Shown here: positions 27,888 through 38,566 of the stretch, piece by piece
Position numbering within the stretch: the first letter of the stretch is position 1
Layout of the letters: each line of letters starts with the position of its first letter
Source of the DNA: Vicinamibacterales bacterium
GTDB lineage: Bacteria > Acidobacteriota > Vicinamibacteria > Vicinamibacterales > UBA8438
Assembly: GCA_937766455.1 (NCBI GenBank)
Contig: CALLXD010000024.1
Location: 19,519 to 83,518, forward strand
Length of the DNA: 64,000 nucleotides
Direction: 5' to 3'
The notes under the pieces: model-generated
Seen by the model: the letters and a program-made list of their open reading frames with translations, nothing else
Told to the model about the DNA's origin: nothing
The model's database searches: none
Program-made: the position numbers and the translations under genes

Positions 27888-30147
27888 ATGCGTGCTACAG
27901 CGTTCGCTCTCGTCGCCGCCCTGGTTCTGATTGCACCAGTCGGTCACCCGCGCGCGGCGGAGGGACCCATTTCCGGCTTTCCAGGCAACCAGACCGAGGT
28001 GCAGCGAGCACTCGAGGCTCGGTTCGACGAGGGACTCGACCCCGGCGACCTCCGCTCGTGGATGCAGCACCTGAGCTCGCGCCCCCACCACGTGGGCTCG
28101 CCCTTCGGACGCGAGGTTGCGGAATTCATCGCGGACAAGTTTCGGGAGTGGGGGTACGAGACCGAGATCGAGACCTATCAGGTGCTGTTTCCGACGCCGC
28201 GACTACGTCGGCTCGAGATGGTGGCACCCACCCGTTTCACGGCCGCGCTCGAAGAGCCGGTGCTGGCCGAGGATCGCACGTCGGGTCAAAAAGACGAGCA
28301 GCTCCCGACCTACAACGCGTACTCGATTGATGGGGACGTGACGGGCGACTTGGTCTACGTCAACTACGGCGTTCCGGCCGACTACGAAGAACTCGAGCGG
28401 CGCGGTATCGATGTGGCTGGCAAAGTGGTGATTGCGCGGTACGGGGGCTCTTGGCGTGGGATCAAGCCCAAGGTCGCGGCCGAGCACGGCGCCATCGGGT
28501 GTCTCATCTACTCCGATCCGCGCGATGACGGCTACGCGCGGGGCGATGTCTACCCGGACGGTCCGTACCGGATGGCGGATGGGGCGCAACGCGGCTCGGT
28601 GGCCGACATGCCGCTGTTCCCCGGGGACCCCTTGACCCCGAACGTCGGCGCGACGGAGGATGCCGATCGTCTGGATCTCGACGAGGCCCCCACGCTCACG
28701 ACGATCCCGGTGCTGCCCATCTCGTACGCCGACGCGCAGCCACTGCTTGGCCGCGCTGGGTGGACCGCTGGCGCCCGCCGCCTGGCGTGGTGGTCTCCCG
28801 TTGACGTATCACGTGGGTCCAGGCCCGGCGCGAGTCCATCTGGAACTCGCATTCAATTGGGACATCGAGCCGGCCTACAACGTGATCGCGCGGCTCGAAG
28901 GCCGCGAGCGGTCAGACCAGTGGGTGCTGCGTGGGAATCACCACGACGCGTGGGTGAACGGTGCCGCGGACCCGATCAGCGGACTGGTGGCCATGATGGC
29001 TGAGGCCAAGGCGATTGGTGGCCTCGCCCGCACCGGTTGGCGACCACGGCGCACCATCGTCTTTGCGGCCTGGGACGCGGAGGAGCCAGGTTTGATCGGC
29101 TCCACGGAGTGGGGGGAGCACCACGCGGATGAGCTTCGCGAACGTGCCGTCGCGTATATCAACACCGACGGCAACGGTCGCGGGTTCCTGAATATGTCCG
29201 GGTCCCACACACTCGAACGGTTCATCAACGAGGTCGCGCGCGACGTCACGGACCCGGAGACAGGGGTGAGCGCCTTCGAGCGGCGCCACGCCCGGCGTCT
29301 CGCCCGCGGAGATACCGAGGACCTGGCCGGCACGCGAGACCACCGCATCAACGCGCTCGGCTCTGGGTCTGACTACACACCGTTCCTCCAGCATCTGGGC
29401 GTCGCCTCGCTCAACCTCAGCTTCGGAGGGGAGAGCGGTGGCGGTTCGTATCACTCGATTTTCGATTCGTTCGACCACTACACGCGCTTTATCGATCCCA
29501 CGTTTGAGTACGGCATCGCGTTGGCTCAGACAGCGGGCCGCGTCGTGCTCCGGCTGGCGGACGCCGAACTGCTGCCGTGGGACTTCACCGCATTCGAGGC
29601 CACCGTCACGCGCTATGCCGACGAGGTGGTCGACCTGACCGACGACATGCGGGAAACCACGGAGCGCCAGAATCAGCTCTTGCGAGACGGCCGATTCCAG
29701 CAAGCGGCCGACCCGACCGAGCGCTACGATCCGCCGGACGCGGAGGAGCCGGTTCCGCATCTGAACTTCGCGCCGGTGCGTAACGCCCTGGTTGGGCTGG
29801 AGGAGAGCGCGCGGACGCACGAGGCGGCCCGCCGGGCTCTCGTCGCTAGCGGCGACCGACTCTCCACGGATCAGGCGCGCGCGGTCGACGAGATTCTCTT
29901 CCGCACGGAACGCGCGATGACGCACCCCGACGGACTCCCGGGCCGTCCGTGGTTCGTTCACCAGATCTATGCGCCCGGGTTCTACACGGGGTACGGCGTG
30001 AAGACGCTGCCCGGCGTCCGCGAAGCGATCGAGGAACGAGACTGGGGTGAGGCGCAGAAGCAGATTGTGACGCTTGCCGATACTATCCGTCAGGTGGCGA
30101 CGGAAGTTGACCGTGCGACCCGATTGGTGGAGCCCGCGGGGCCGTAG
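27888..30147 (+). pseudogene. M28-family peptidase with PA and TfR-like dimerisation domains (glutamate carboxypeptidase II/PSMA-like), frame interrupted at ~28749
   Basis: ATG at 27888 follows GGAGG; signal peptide present. ORFs 27861-29003 and 28660-30147 are collinear. Deleting one G gives PISYADAQPLLAALGGPLAPAAWRGGLPLTYHVGPG, which parallels GCPII. This is followed by NVIARLEG...LRGNHHDAWVNGAADPISG and a C-terminal helical domain. Confidence 0.8.
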
Positions 30148-30215
30148 CGGCCGGGGTCGGCTGCCGCAGTCAATATGCAGGACGGCGTGGGGCGACGGCG
30201 CAGGGAAGAGGTCCG

Positions 30216-30599
30216 ATGATAAAAGTCGTGCTCAAGGTCGTGATGGCGGCCTTCTACGTGTTCTCCGGGATCAACCACTTTCGCAGTCCCGAGTTTTATC
30301 TCAACCTGATGCCCGCGTACCTGCCCGCGCATGAGGCGGCCGTCATCTGGAGCGGTGTGGCCGAAATCGCCTTGGGCCTGCTCCTCCTGTGGCCCCGCCG
30401 GCAGTGGCTCGCGGCGTGGGGCATCATCGCGATGCTCATCGCCTTTCTGCCCGTCCATGTCCACATGCTAGTCAACAGTCATCTCTATCCGGAGACTCCG
30501 GTAATGTTCCTCTGGCTGCGTTTCCCGATGCAGGCGGTCTTGGTCGCCTGGGCGCACTGGTACACCCGAGTCGCGGTCCGAGCAACCTCGGCCACGTGA
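30216..30599 (+). CDS. DoxX-like small integral membrane protein
   Basis: 127-aa ORF with 3-4 hydrophobic helices. FSGINHF...AEIALGLLLL resembles DoxX-like family members. Confidence 0.55.
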   Translation: MIKVVLKVVMAAFYVFSGINHFRSPEFYLNLMPAYLPAHEAAVIWSGVAEIALGLLLLWPRRQWLAAWGIIAMLIAFLPVHVHMLVNSHLYPETPVMFLWLRFPMQAVLVAWAHWYTRVAVRATSAT

Positions 30600-30718
30600 G
30601 AATCTGGCCGCACGGTCCCACCGAACGTCACGAGCCGCAACGAAGGACCCTCTGACTGATGCTCCGACCGTCGATACGCGACATCTCGTGCTGGCCGGCC
30701 TAGGTCCGGCGGGCGGGC

Positions 30719-30955
30719 TTAGACCAGGTGTTCGGACACGACGTGTTCCACGCCGAGGAGCGGGCTGGTGTAGGTATGCGTATAGGACTGGTGCGGCACC
30801 CTCTCAAGCACGAGGCCGGCCGCGATAGGCACGGTGGTGACCTTGGCCCACTCCAGTGTCTCGGCGAGCTCGGCCCAGTGGTCTTCCACCAGGATGTGTA
30901 CCGCGGGTGGGCCTGGTGCGAACCCTGGGAATCCGGTGAGCGTGACGTGGAACAT
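30719..30955 (-). CDS. Hypothetical small protein (weak call)
   Basis: 78-aa ORF in an otherwise unassigned 430-bp gap. No recognisable motifs. It overlaps alternative plus-strand ORFs. Confidence 0.25.
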   Translation of the reverse strand: MFHVTLTGFPGFAPGPPAVHILVEDHWAELAETLEWAKVTTVPIAAGLVLERVPHQSYTHTYTSPLLGVEHVVSEHLV

Positions 30956-31025
30956 CCAGTCCCTAGGCTACATCAGCGGTACCCCGAATCGGCGCAACAG
31001 CTACAATTCCGATTCTCAATCACTC

Positions 31026-32767
31026 ATGCCTAACAAATTTGCGCGTGCCCCGCGACCCGCCGTCGTCTTGGTCTTCATCACATTTCTGGCCGGGGCCCCG
31101 GCCGCGGTCGCGCAAGAGGTGCCGCCGCCACAAACTCGGGGGGCGGCCGGCGAGCCGCACCTGGTCGCCGTGGCCCTGTTCGAGAACATCTCTGCCCAAC
31201 CGGCCGACAGATGGATTGGTGCTGGCATTGCCGAATCGGTCGCCGGAGATCTGGATCGGCTTGAGGGTGTGTCCGTCGTTGGGCGGGAAGCGTTGGCGTT
31301 GCCGCCGCAGTCCGCGATTGCGTTCGACGTGGACCGGCGGGTGCTCGAACGGAGTCGCGAGCTTGGGGCAACGTGGCTGGTTGCCGGCGGCTATCAACGG
31401 GTTGGTGAGCAGCTACGAATCACCGCCAGAATCATTGACGTCGAGTCCGGCGTGGTGGGCGAGAGGGTCGCGCTCGACGGGGACCTCAGCGACCTCTTCG
31501 CACTACAAGACGAGATCGTGACCCGACTCATCGGTGTGACAGATGCGGGGCTCGAGCGTCTCGATCGCGCCCTCGGGGCCCAGGCGCCGGCGTCGTCACG
31601 GTTGCCGGCGGTGGCGGGCGATGCCGGCAACGTGGTGCGGTCGGAAGCGGCTCGCACCGTCTCTGGCCGCGCCGTATCCTCCACCCCTGGCGAGATAGAC
31701 GGTCCGCCAGCGCCGACCCTGCCGGAGGTGATGTCGCGGGACGAGCAAGGCGGGGCCACGCTGCGTGCGGTCAGGGTGAGCGAGCCCGTCAGGCTCGACG
31801 GTCGACTTGATGAGGCGGTGTACCAGGAGGTTCAGGCGATCACCGGATTCGTTCAACAGGTGCCGGACGAGGGAGCCGCGGCTACGGAGAAGACCGAGGC
31901 CTGGATCTTGTTCGACGACGAGAACATCTACGTCGGGGGGCGCGTCTGGGACTCGGCGCCGCCGAGCGAGTGGGTCGCGAATGAGATGCGGCGCGACGCG
32001 AATCAGCTGCGCCAGAACGACAACTTCGTCGTCCTGTTTGACACGTTCTACGACCGACGGAACGGAGTGGCGTTTCAGACAACCCCGCTTGGTGCGCTAT
32101 CGGACTTCGCGATCACCAACGAGGGCAGCTACAACGGCGACTGGAATCCGGTCTGGGACGTGCGTACCGGGCGGTTCCCAAGCGGTTGGACCGTCGAAAT
32201 GGTGATTCCGTTCAAGTCGCTCCGCTATCGGCCCGGGCCAGACCAGCTATGGGGCATCCAACTCCGACGGGGTATCCGCCGCAAGAGCGAATATGCCTAC
32301 ATCACGCCGCTCCCGATCTCGGCCGCGGGTGGCGCCGGGGGCACCGCCGGTATCTTTCGCATTTCCGGTGCGGCCACGCTGGTTGGGCTAGAGGTCCCCG
32401 ACGGGAGCCGGAATCTGGAAATCAAACCGTACGCGATCGGCAGGCGCACCACGGACCTCAATGCCACGCCTCCGATATTGGGCGACGGAGACGGGGATGT
32501 CGGGGTGGACGTGAAATACGGGATCACGCGCAATTTGACCGCCGATTTCACCTACAACACGGATTTCGCCCAAGTGGAAGTAGACGAGCAACAGGCAGCG
32601 ACGCCATCAGCAACAACTTCCGGTTGCGTTGGGAGTACTCACCTGGCAGCGAGCTGTTCGTGGTCTACAGCGAAGATCGGAACACCAATCCGCTCATGCC
32701 GAATCGGTTCTCCGAGTTGCGGAACAGAGGCTTCGTGGTCAAGGTCAACCGGCTTTTCCGTTTTTGA
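31026..32767 (+). pseudogene. TolB-N-like + CBM9/DOMON-like + truncated DUF5916-type barrel protein (frame change/internal deletion junction ~32592-32605)
   Basis: Signal peptide present. N-terminal VAVALFENISAQPADRWIGAGIAESVAGDL...WLVAGGYQRVGEQLRITARIIDVESG (TolB-N-like). Then LRAVRVSEPVRLDGRLDEAVYQ...ENIYVGGRVWD (CBM9-like). Then TADFTYNTDFAQVEVDEQQ jumps, in another frame, to ISNNFRLRWEYSPGSELFVVY...NRGFVVKVNRLFRF (C-terminal barrel strands). Confidence 0.65.
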
Positions 32768-32812
32768 CGAGGCATGCCACGGATGAGGAACGGAAAAATG
32801 GAGGGAGGTGTC

Positions 32813-33970
32813 ATGCGGTTCGCTTCCGTCGTCGCGGTGACGTCAATCCTGTGTGCGGCCCCGGTCGTGGCACAGCCCCGTCTCACGATGGAGTGGGAGG
32901 CGATGGCCGAGCGGCTGGTCGCCCAGCTTGCTCCGGAACCGGGGGAGCGGATCCTGCTGCTTGCCCGCCCGGGGATTTTCGACGAGATCGTGCCGCACGT
33001 GCGGTACGCGCTGATGGAGGCTGGCGCGGTCGACCTCGGCGTCGTGGACGTGATCGAGGAGCCGTTCCCCGAAGGGTGGGACGCGGAGGTCCTTCGTCGC
33101 GGGTATGCCGACGCCCGATCCGCCTACAAGGAGATGTTTCGTGACGTCGACGGCGCGATCATGATGCCAGGGGCCAGACCGGGGCAGCCTGCGTATGGCG
33201 CGCTTCAGGACTGGCTGAATGAGGGCGTCGGGCGGACCATCCACTTTCACTGGACCCACAATGGCAGCGCGTTCCCACTGCCCGGACAGCCGCTTCCCGG
33301 CCAGACCGCGATAGACGCCCATTACCAGCGTGCGCTCCTCGAGACGGACTACGGCGCGCTCGCAGCCAAGCAGCGTGACTTTGTCCAGGCCATGCGGGGC
33401 GCCGATGTCCGTGTGACCTCGCCCAGGGGGACAGACATCAGCTTCCGGATCGGCGACAGGCCCGTGAATCTGCAAGATGGCAACGCGTCGCAGGCGCGCA
33501 CCGATCAGGGGGTCATCCTGATCGATCGAGAAATAGAGCTCCCGGCCGGTTCGATTCGGGTCGCACCCGTCGAGGAGTCGGTGAATGGCGTCATCGTGTT
33601 TCCGCCATCGCAGTGGGACGCCCGGCCCGTCGATGGGTTGCGCATGACATTCGAGCGGGGTCGCATCGTCGGTGTGACGGCAGACCAGGGGCTGGACGCC
33701 GCTCAGGCGGAACTCGACGGCGCGCCGTCGGAGGCTCGCGCCTTCCGCGAGTTCGCGCTGGGCTTCAATCCGCTTCTCGCGGTGCCGGAGCGAAATCCGT
33801 GGGTCCCCTATTACGGGTATGGGGACGGTGTGGTCAGGCTGTCCCTTGGCGACAACTCCGAACTCGGGGGCACTGTCAGCGGCGGATATGTGCGCTGGAA
33901 TTTTTTTACGGACACGACGGTGACGCTCAACGACGACGTCTGGGTGCGAGACGGTCGGCTCGTGCGATAG
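32813..33970 (+). CDS. Aminopeptidase-like protein (M29/AmpS-like fold), secreted
   Basis: ATG at 32813 follows GGAGGGAGG; signal peptide present. Segments VRVTSPRGTDISFRIGDRP...ELPAGSIRVAPVEESVNGVIVF...GLRMTFERGRIVGV...EFALGFNP resemble the M29 family layout. Confidence 0.5.
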   Translation: MRFASVVAVTSILCAAPVVAQPRLTMEWEAMAERLVAQLAPEPGERILLLARPGIFDEIVPHVRYALMEAGAVDLGVVDVIEEPFPEGWDAEVLRRGYADARSAYKEMFRDVDGAIMMPGARPGQPAYGALQDWLNEGVGRTIHFHWTHNGSAFPLPGQPLPGQTAIDAHYQRALLETDYGALAAKQRDFVQAMRGADVRVTSPRGTDISFRIGDRPVNLQDGNASQARTDQGVILIDREIELPAGSIRVAPVEESVNGVIVFPPSQWDARPVDGLRMTFERGRIVGVTADQGLDAAQAELDGAPSEARAFREFALGFNPLLAVPERNPWVPYYGYGDGVVRLSLGDNSELGGTVSGGYVRWNFFTDTTVTLNDDVWVRDGRLVR

Positions 33971-33983
33971 CGGGGCCTCGCGG

Positions 33984-34436
33984 GTGTTACACATTTACAT
34001 CGATGGCGACGGATGCCCGGTCAAGCCAGAGGTCTACAAAGTGGCTCGGCGCTACCAGCTGCATGTGACCTTGGTGGCCAACAGTTGGATGAGGCATCCG
34101 ACGGCTGAGTGGCTGAGGATGCAGGTGGTCGAGGAGCAGTTCGATGGGGCGGATGATTGGATTGTCGAGCACGCCGGTCGCGACGACATCGTCATCGCCA
34201 GTGACATCCCGCTGGCGGACCGTTGCTTGAAGAAGGGCGCGCGCGTGCTGGGGCACCGCGGGCGTCCATTCACCGAGGACTCGATCGGCGACGCCCTGGC
34301 GACGAGAGATCTGATGTCGCACCTCCGCGAGATGGGCAGCCCCGCGGATGGCCAGGCCCCATTTGACCAGCGGGACCGGTCCCGGTTTCTGCAAGCGCTC
34401 GATCAGATCATCCAAGCGATCAAGCGGGCCAACTGA
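33984..34436 (+). CDS. YaiI/YqxD family protein (UPF0178/DUF188)
   Basis: 150-aa ORF with a GTG start. Contains IYIDGDGCPVK...DDWIVEH...DIVIASDIPLA...KGA, typical of the family. Confidence 0.8.
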   Translation: MLHIYIDGDGCPVKPEVYKVARRYQLHVTLVANSWMRHPTAEWLRMQVVEEQFDGADDWIVEHAGRDDIVIASDIPLADRCLKKGARVLGHRGRPFTEDSIGDALATRDLMSHLREMGSPADGQAPFDQRDRSRFLQALDQIIQAIKRAN

Positions 34437-34474
34437 GCACCTTGCCGGGTCCCGCCCGGTGACGCCGTTGAGGT

Positions 34475-35389
34475 TTATTGGGGGAGGGGGCCACCGCCGT
34501 AGAACCACTCCAGCGCCTGGTCGTCCGCGCAGATTTCGCGGCCGGCGGCCCGCAGATGCGCGGCGATGTCCTCGGTCATCCCGTCAGCCCTGGCGGCACC
34601 AGCCTTCCCCGTGCGCACCATCGCACCGGGTTCCAACACTGGCACCTCGGTCGCCGTCAAGGCATCGAATTTTGTGCCGTGCTGTTTCATCCACGCAAAC
34701 GAGGTGTACTCGGTAATCTTGCTCCAGGCGTCGGGGGTGGGGTGTGCCCCGATGAAATCAGCGATTCGCCGAATTGACCCCTCGTGGTCGCGCTTCATAT
34801 CTGTGAAGTGCATGAGCAGGACGTTCGATCTGTGCCTGAGAGGCCACCAGGAAGTGAGGAACCCGAAGAGCGCGCGATTCAGGCCCATCGTGTCCAGAAC
34901 CTCACGGTAAAACGTCGGAAAATCAGGACGCGTCAACGCGGCCCTCGGTACCTGCCACAGATTGAGCCAGGCCTCCGTGTGCTTCTCGAAAAACGGCCTG
35001 GCTGACACCAGGGCCTCTTCGGGATTGCGGACGACCACGATGTAGCGAATGTCCTGCCCGATGTCAGGTTCGACGTAGGGGAGCATGGGGGGGGCAGCGT
35101 GGGACTTGAACGCCCGGGGACGGTCGCGTCGCATGCCGTCGACGCGGTCGAGCAGCTCGCCGACCGGCATGCCGGGCCGCGTCAGCAGTTCGAGCCACGG
35201 CACCTCGGCGTAGATATCCTCGAAGTCCGGATCGCCCCCCGTCAGCAACTGGTGAACGATATTCATCGTCCACGTGGTCCCGCTCTTGATGGGAACCGAG
35301 ATCAAAATGTCCTTGTCTCGCCATTCGATCTGTTGCTGCATGCGCGGGTCGAGCCAGCCGGGTAACCCGCCCTTCTGTGCGTCAGTCAT
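34475..35389 (-). CDS. PAPS-dependent sulfotransferase (Sulfotransfer_1-like)
   Basis: 5'-PSB loop PIKSGTTWTMNIVHQLL and a 3'-PB-like VVVRNPEEALVS. The start is taken at Met15 of the ORF (35389); the ORF extends to 35431. Confidence 0.8.
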   Translation of the reverse strand: MTDAQKGGLPGWLDPRMQQQIEWRDKDILISVPIKSGTTWTMNIVHQLLTGGDPDFEDIYAEVPWLELLTRPGMPVGELLDRVDGMRRDRPRAFKSHAAPPMLPYVEPDIGQDIRYIVVVRNPEEALVSARPFFEKHTEAWLNLWQVPRAALTRPDFPTFYREVLDTMGLNRALFGFLTSWWPLRHRSNVLLMHFTDMKRDHEGSIRRIADFIGAHPTPDAWSKITEYTSFAWMKQHGTKFDALTATEVPVLEPGAMVRTGKAGAARADGMTEDIAAHLRAAGREICADDQALEWFYGGGPLPQ

Positions 35390-35533
35390 CGCATCCCTTC
35401 GCGTAGTCGGTGTTCGCATCCAGATTATCAACTGTCACTACCACTGGTTCAACGACGTCGCGCACGCTGTCGCGCGGACCGCGGCACGGCGGGTCCCGGT
35501 GATAAGGTTCGAGCGGCTGGGGAATGTGTCCCC

Positions 35534-36109
35534 ATGTTCGGCATCTGGGGGGCCAATATGCGGAAGCAGATCGTGTGGTGTGCGGTAACGTCGGTGCTGT
35601 TGGCCCTGCCGGTCGGCGCCAGTGCGCAGGCGGCGAGTTGGCAGGAGGTCCAGGTGGCTGACATCGAGTCGATGCGGGACAAGTTCATTCAGCTGGCTCG
35701 GGCGTTCGACGAGTCGCAATACGACTGGCGTCCCATGGCCGGAGTCCGATCGGTTCAGGCTGTGCTCGGACTCGCAGTCGCCGAAGCCCACATGTTCCCC
35801 ACGGGGTGGGGGTACGACCCGCCCGCGATCGCCGCCGACGGCTTCGGACCGGAGATGGAACGCGCGGCGTCGCTCGACAAGGCAGCCCTCTTGGATGAGC
35901 TCGAGACCTCGTTCGATTTCCTGGTCGCCGTGGTTCGCGACATGCCCGAGTCGAAACGGGTATCGGACGGATCATATTTCGGTCGGGAGATGCCGGTCCA
36001 CGCAAGGATTGCGACCGCTATGGCCGACATGCACGAGCACCTCGGGCAGCTCATCGCGTATGCACGGGCCAACGAAGTCGTTCCACCGTGGAGCCAGCCG
36101 GTCCAGTAG
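35534..36109 (+). CDS. DinB-like protein with signal peptide
   Basis: 191-aa ORF (alternative start at 35558). Leader VTSVLLALPVGASAQA. Contains ...GLAVAEAH... and ...MADMHEHLGQLIAYAR (DinB His pattern). Confidence 0.6.
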   Translation: MFGIWGANMRKQIVWCAVTSVLLALPVGASAQAASWQEVQVADIESMRDKFIQLARAFDESQYDWRPMAGVRSVQAVLGLAVAEAHMFPTGWGYDPPAIAADGFGPEMERAASLDKAALLDELETSFDFLVAVVRDMPESKRVSDGSYFGREMPVHARIATAMADMHEHLGQLIAYARANEVVPPWSQPVQ

Positions 36110-36168
36110 GGAAGGGCCCTTGGCGGGCTTCCTAAAGATCGGCGGTCGCGGCACCGACAACAAGGGCG

Positions 36169-37134
36169 ATGGCCCCGCCCGCACATGCGCACCCGGTTTC
36201 CGCACCGGCACCGTTCGATGTCACCGAGCATCGACCGCTACGGCGGCTCGTAGGCGCCGTCAGTCCGATGGTGAACGCGGCGACCACGCTGGCCGGCATG
36301 GCGTGGACCGAGGGTGCCACCGTGCTCGGGCGACTCGGCTACCAGTGGGATGCCCTGGGCGAACGGGACGCGCTCGGCGCGGTGCTGACCAGATCTACTG
36401 CTTCGCCCGTGTGGGACGAACACGAGTTCTTCCAGGCCGGTCGGGCGGATGTCGATCGGCTTATGACGGACATCGCCAGGCGGGCGCCCTGGTTGGCGAC
36501 GCGTCGGGCCCTCGATTTCGGGTGTGGTGTTGGGCGGATCTCCCTGGCGCTCAGCGACCACTTCGTGGAGGTGCACGGAGTCGACGTGGCTGGTTCGATG
36601 ATTGCGCGCGCGCGGCAAGAGAACGGCGCGCTGGGTCGGTGTCACTTTGGGGTGAACCGACGCCCGCACTTGCACCGGTATCAGACGGGAACGTTCGATC
36701 TCGTTTACAGCCGTCTCGTGCTGCAACACATTCCGCCGGAGCTCGTACGGCGGTATATTCCGGAACTTGTCCGAGTGCTTGCACCCGGCGGACTCCTGGT
36801 GTTTCAGTTGCCCACGGTGATTTGGGACCCCAGACGATCGTTCTATGACGCGCCGGTACGCGGTCGCGTCAAACGCGCATTGCCGAAGCGCATGGTGCGG
36901 GCCTACCGGACGTTGAAGTACCCATTCTTCCGACCACGGGCGACCGACATGGAGATGTTCGGTCTGGCCCGCGATACCGTCGTTGGACTGGTGGACCGAG
37001 CTGGCGCTCGCATGCTGGCGATGACACCAGACGCGAGTCATGGTACGAGCGAGCCGGGGTTCGAGTATTGGGTGACGCGACCGTCTGCGGTTTCCCGTAG
37101 ACCCAACGCCCCCCGTATTGCCCGCGTTGCGTAA
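36169..37134 (+). CDS. Class I SAM-dependent methyltransferase
   Basis: Motif I ALDFGCGVGRISL. Post-I VHGVDVAGSMI. Motif II/III FDLVYSRLVLQHI...LAPGGLLVFQ. The start is uncertain. Confidence 0.75.
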   Translation: MAPPAHAHPVSAPAPFDVTEHRPLRRLVGAVSPMVNAATTLAGMAWTEGATVLGRLGYQWDALGERDALGAVLTRSTASPVWDEHEFFQAGRADVDRLMTDIARRAPWLATRRALDFGCGVGRISLALSDHFVEVHGVDVAGSMIARARQENGALGRCHFGVNRRPHLHRYQTGTFDLVYSRLVLQHIPPELVRRYIPELVRVLAPGGLLVFQLPTVIWDPRRSFYDAPVRGRVKRALPKRMVRAYRTLKYPFFRPRATDMEMFGLARDTVVGLVDRAGARMLAMTPDASHGTSEPGFEYWVTRPSAVSRRPNAPRIARVA

Positions 37135-37326
37135 CCACGGCGGTTGCACCCACCTCAGTACCCACCTCCGCGCCGCGCTCCACGGACCACTGTTGCAGTT
37201 TGTCTTGACGTGAACCAGGGACCCGGGCATCCTCGGAACGAGCCTACGTCCGGCACGGACACCCCTGGTCCGTCCGCATCAGGGCGTTCCCGCGGCAACG
37301 CGGTGGAGAGTCGCGGAGGAGAGTGC

Positions 37327-38535
37327 ATGAAAGCGGGAATCGTATCGGCCCTGGCGCTGCTGGCGAGCGTGACGGTGCTGGCGCAGGATACACGGGTCAC
37401 CCTACGCGCCGGGCGTCTCATCGACGGCGCTGGCGGGATGAGTGAGAACGTTCGGTTGACCCTCGATGGGGCGCGGATCGCCAGTGTGGACCGGCTGCGT
37501 GGGGAGGTGACCTACGACCTGTCTGAATTTACCGTGATGCCCGGGCTCATCGATACCCATGTGCATCTGACGGCACACTTCGATGCGGATGGGCATACCC
37601 ACGACGACCCGGACGAGACAGCAGAGCAGGCCATGCTGTTTGCGGTCGAGAACGCATACCAGACCCTGATGGCCGGTTTCACCACGGTGCAGAGCCTGGG
37701 TAGCGTTCGCGACCAGTACCTACGGGAGGTGATTGCCCGCGGGACCCTCCCGGGGCCACGCATTCTCACGTCGCTTGGCGCCGTCACCGTGGACACCGGT
37801 GCCCCCGACGAGATTCGAGGCTACGTACGGCAGCTCGCTGAGGACGGGGCCGATGTCGTGAAGATCTTCGCCTCGGCCAGCATCCGGGACGGTGGGGCCA
37901 AAGTGATGAGCGACGAGCAACTCCAGGCGGCGTGTAGCGAAGCCACCCGGGTTGGGCTGAGAACGGTGGCTCACGCCTATGGGACAGAGAGCGTGACGGC
38001 GGTGATCGAGGCGGGGTGTGGCGGCATTGAGCACGGCACCCGCTTCAGCGATGGAGTCATTGAGCTGATGGCGGAGCGCGGTACCTACCTCGACCCGCAC
38101 GTTGGGTTGGTCTGGGCGAACTACCAGGAACACAAGGACAGCTTTCTCGGGACTGGTAACTATACCGAAGCGGGTTTCGCCCGGATGCAAGACGCGCGGG
38201 TGACCGGATACGACACGTTTCGGCGTACGGTGCAGCACGGTGGCGTGAAGCTGATTTTTGGCAGCGACGCCGTCGCCGGGGCTCATGGCCGGAACGCCGA
38301 GGAACTCATCGCTCGCGTCAACGATGGCCGACAGCCTCCGATGGACGCCATTATCTCAGCCACATCGCGCGCGGCCGAATCGCTGGGCATGGCCGACCAG
38401 ATCGGGACGCTCGCACCCGGGTTCGAGGCGGACCTGGTCGCCGTCGCCGGCAATCCGCTCACGGACATCGATGCGATGAAGGCGATTCGATTCGTGATGA
38501 AGGGCGGCGTTGTGTACCGGCCTGTGGCTCCGTGA
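37327..38535 (+). CDS. Amidohydrolase-family metallohydrolase, secreted
   Basis: ATG at 37327 follows GGAGGAG; signal peptide present. Contains VMPGLIDTHVHL (H-x-H), AHAYG, IEHG and a C-terminal GSDA...FEADLVAV...V.MKGG. Confidence 0.8.
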   Translation: MKAGIVSALALLASVTVLAQDTRVTLRAGRLIDGAGGMSENVRLTLDGARIASVDRLRGEVTYDLSEFTVMPGLIDTHVHLTAHFDADGHTHDDPDETAEQAMLFAVENAYQTLMAGFTTVQSLGSVRDQYLREVIARGTLPGPRILTSLGAVTVDTGAPDEIRGYVRQLAEDGADVVKIFASASIRDGGAKVMSDEQLQAACSEATRVGLRTVAHAYGTESVTAVIEAGCGGIEHGTRFSDGVIELMAERGTYLDPHVGLVWANYQEHKDSFLGTGNYTEAGFARMQDARVTGYDTFRRTVQHGGVKLIFGSDAVAGAHGRNAEELIARVNDGRQPPMDAIISATSRAAESLGMADQIGTLAPGFEADLVAVAGNPLTDIDAMKAIRFVMKGGVVYRPVAP

Positions 38536-38566
38536 GCCGTATGTTGCGACCAGAAGGGACGGTTCG

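Noticed and set aside
35622-36848. 408-aa plus-strand ORF spanning the DinB-like and methyltransferase genes
   Set aside because: It is out of frame with two genes that each show family motifs. It is extremely Arg/Ser/Gly-rich and crosses an intergenic gap.
37501-37530. GEVTYDL string resembling the PqqA Glu-x3-Tyr core
   Set aside because: It lies in frame inside the 402-aa amidohydrolase gene (LRGEVTYDLSEF) and is not a separate small ORF, so the resemblance is coincidental.
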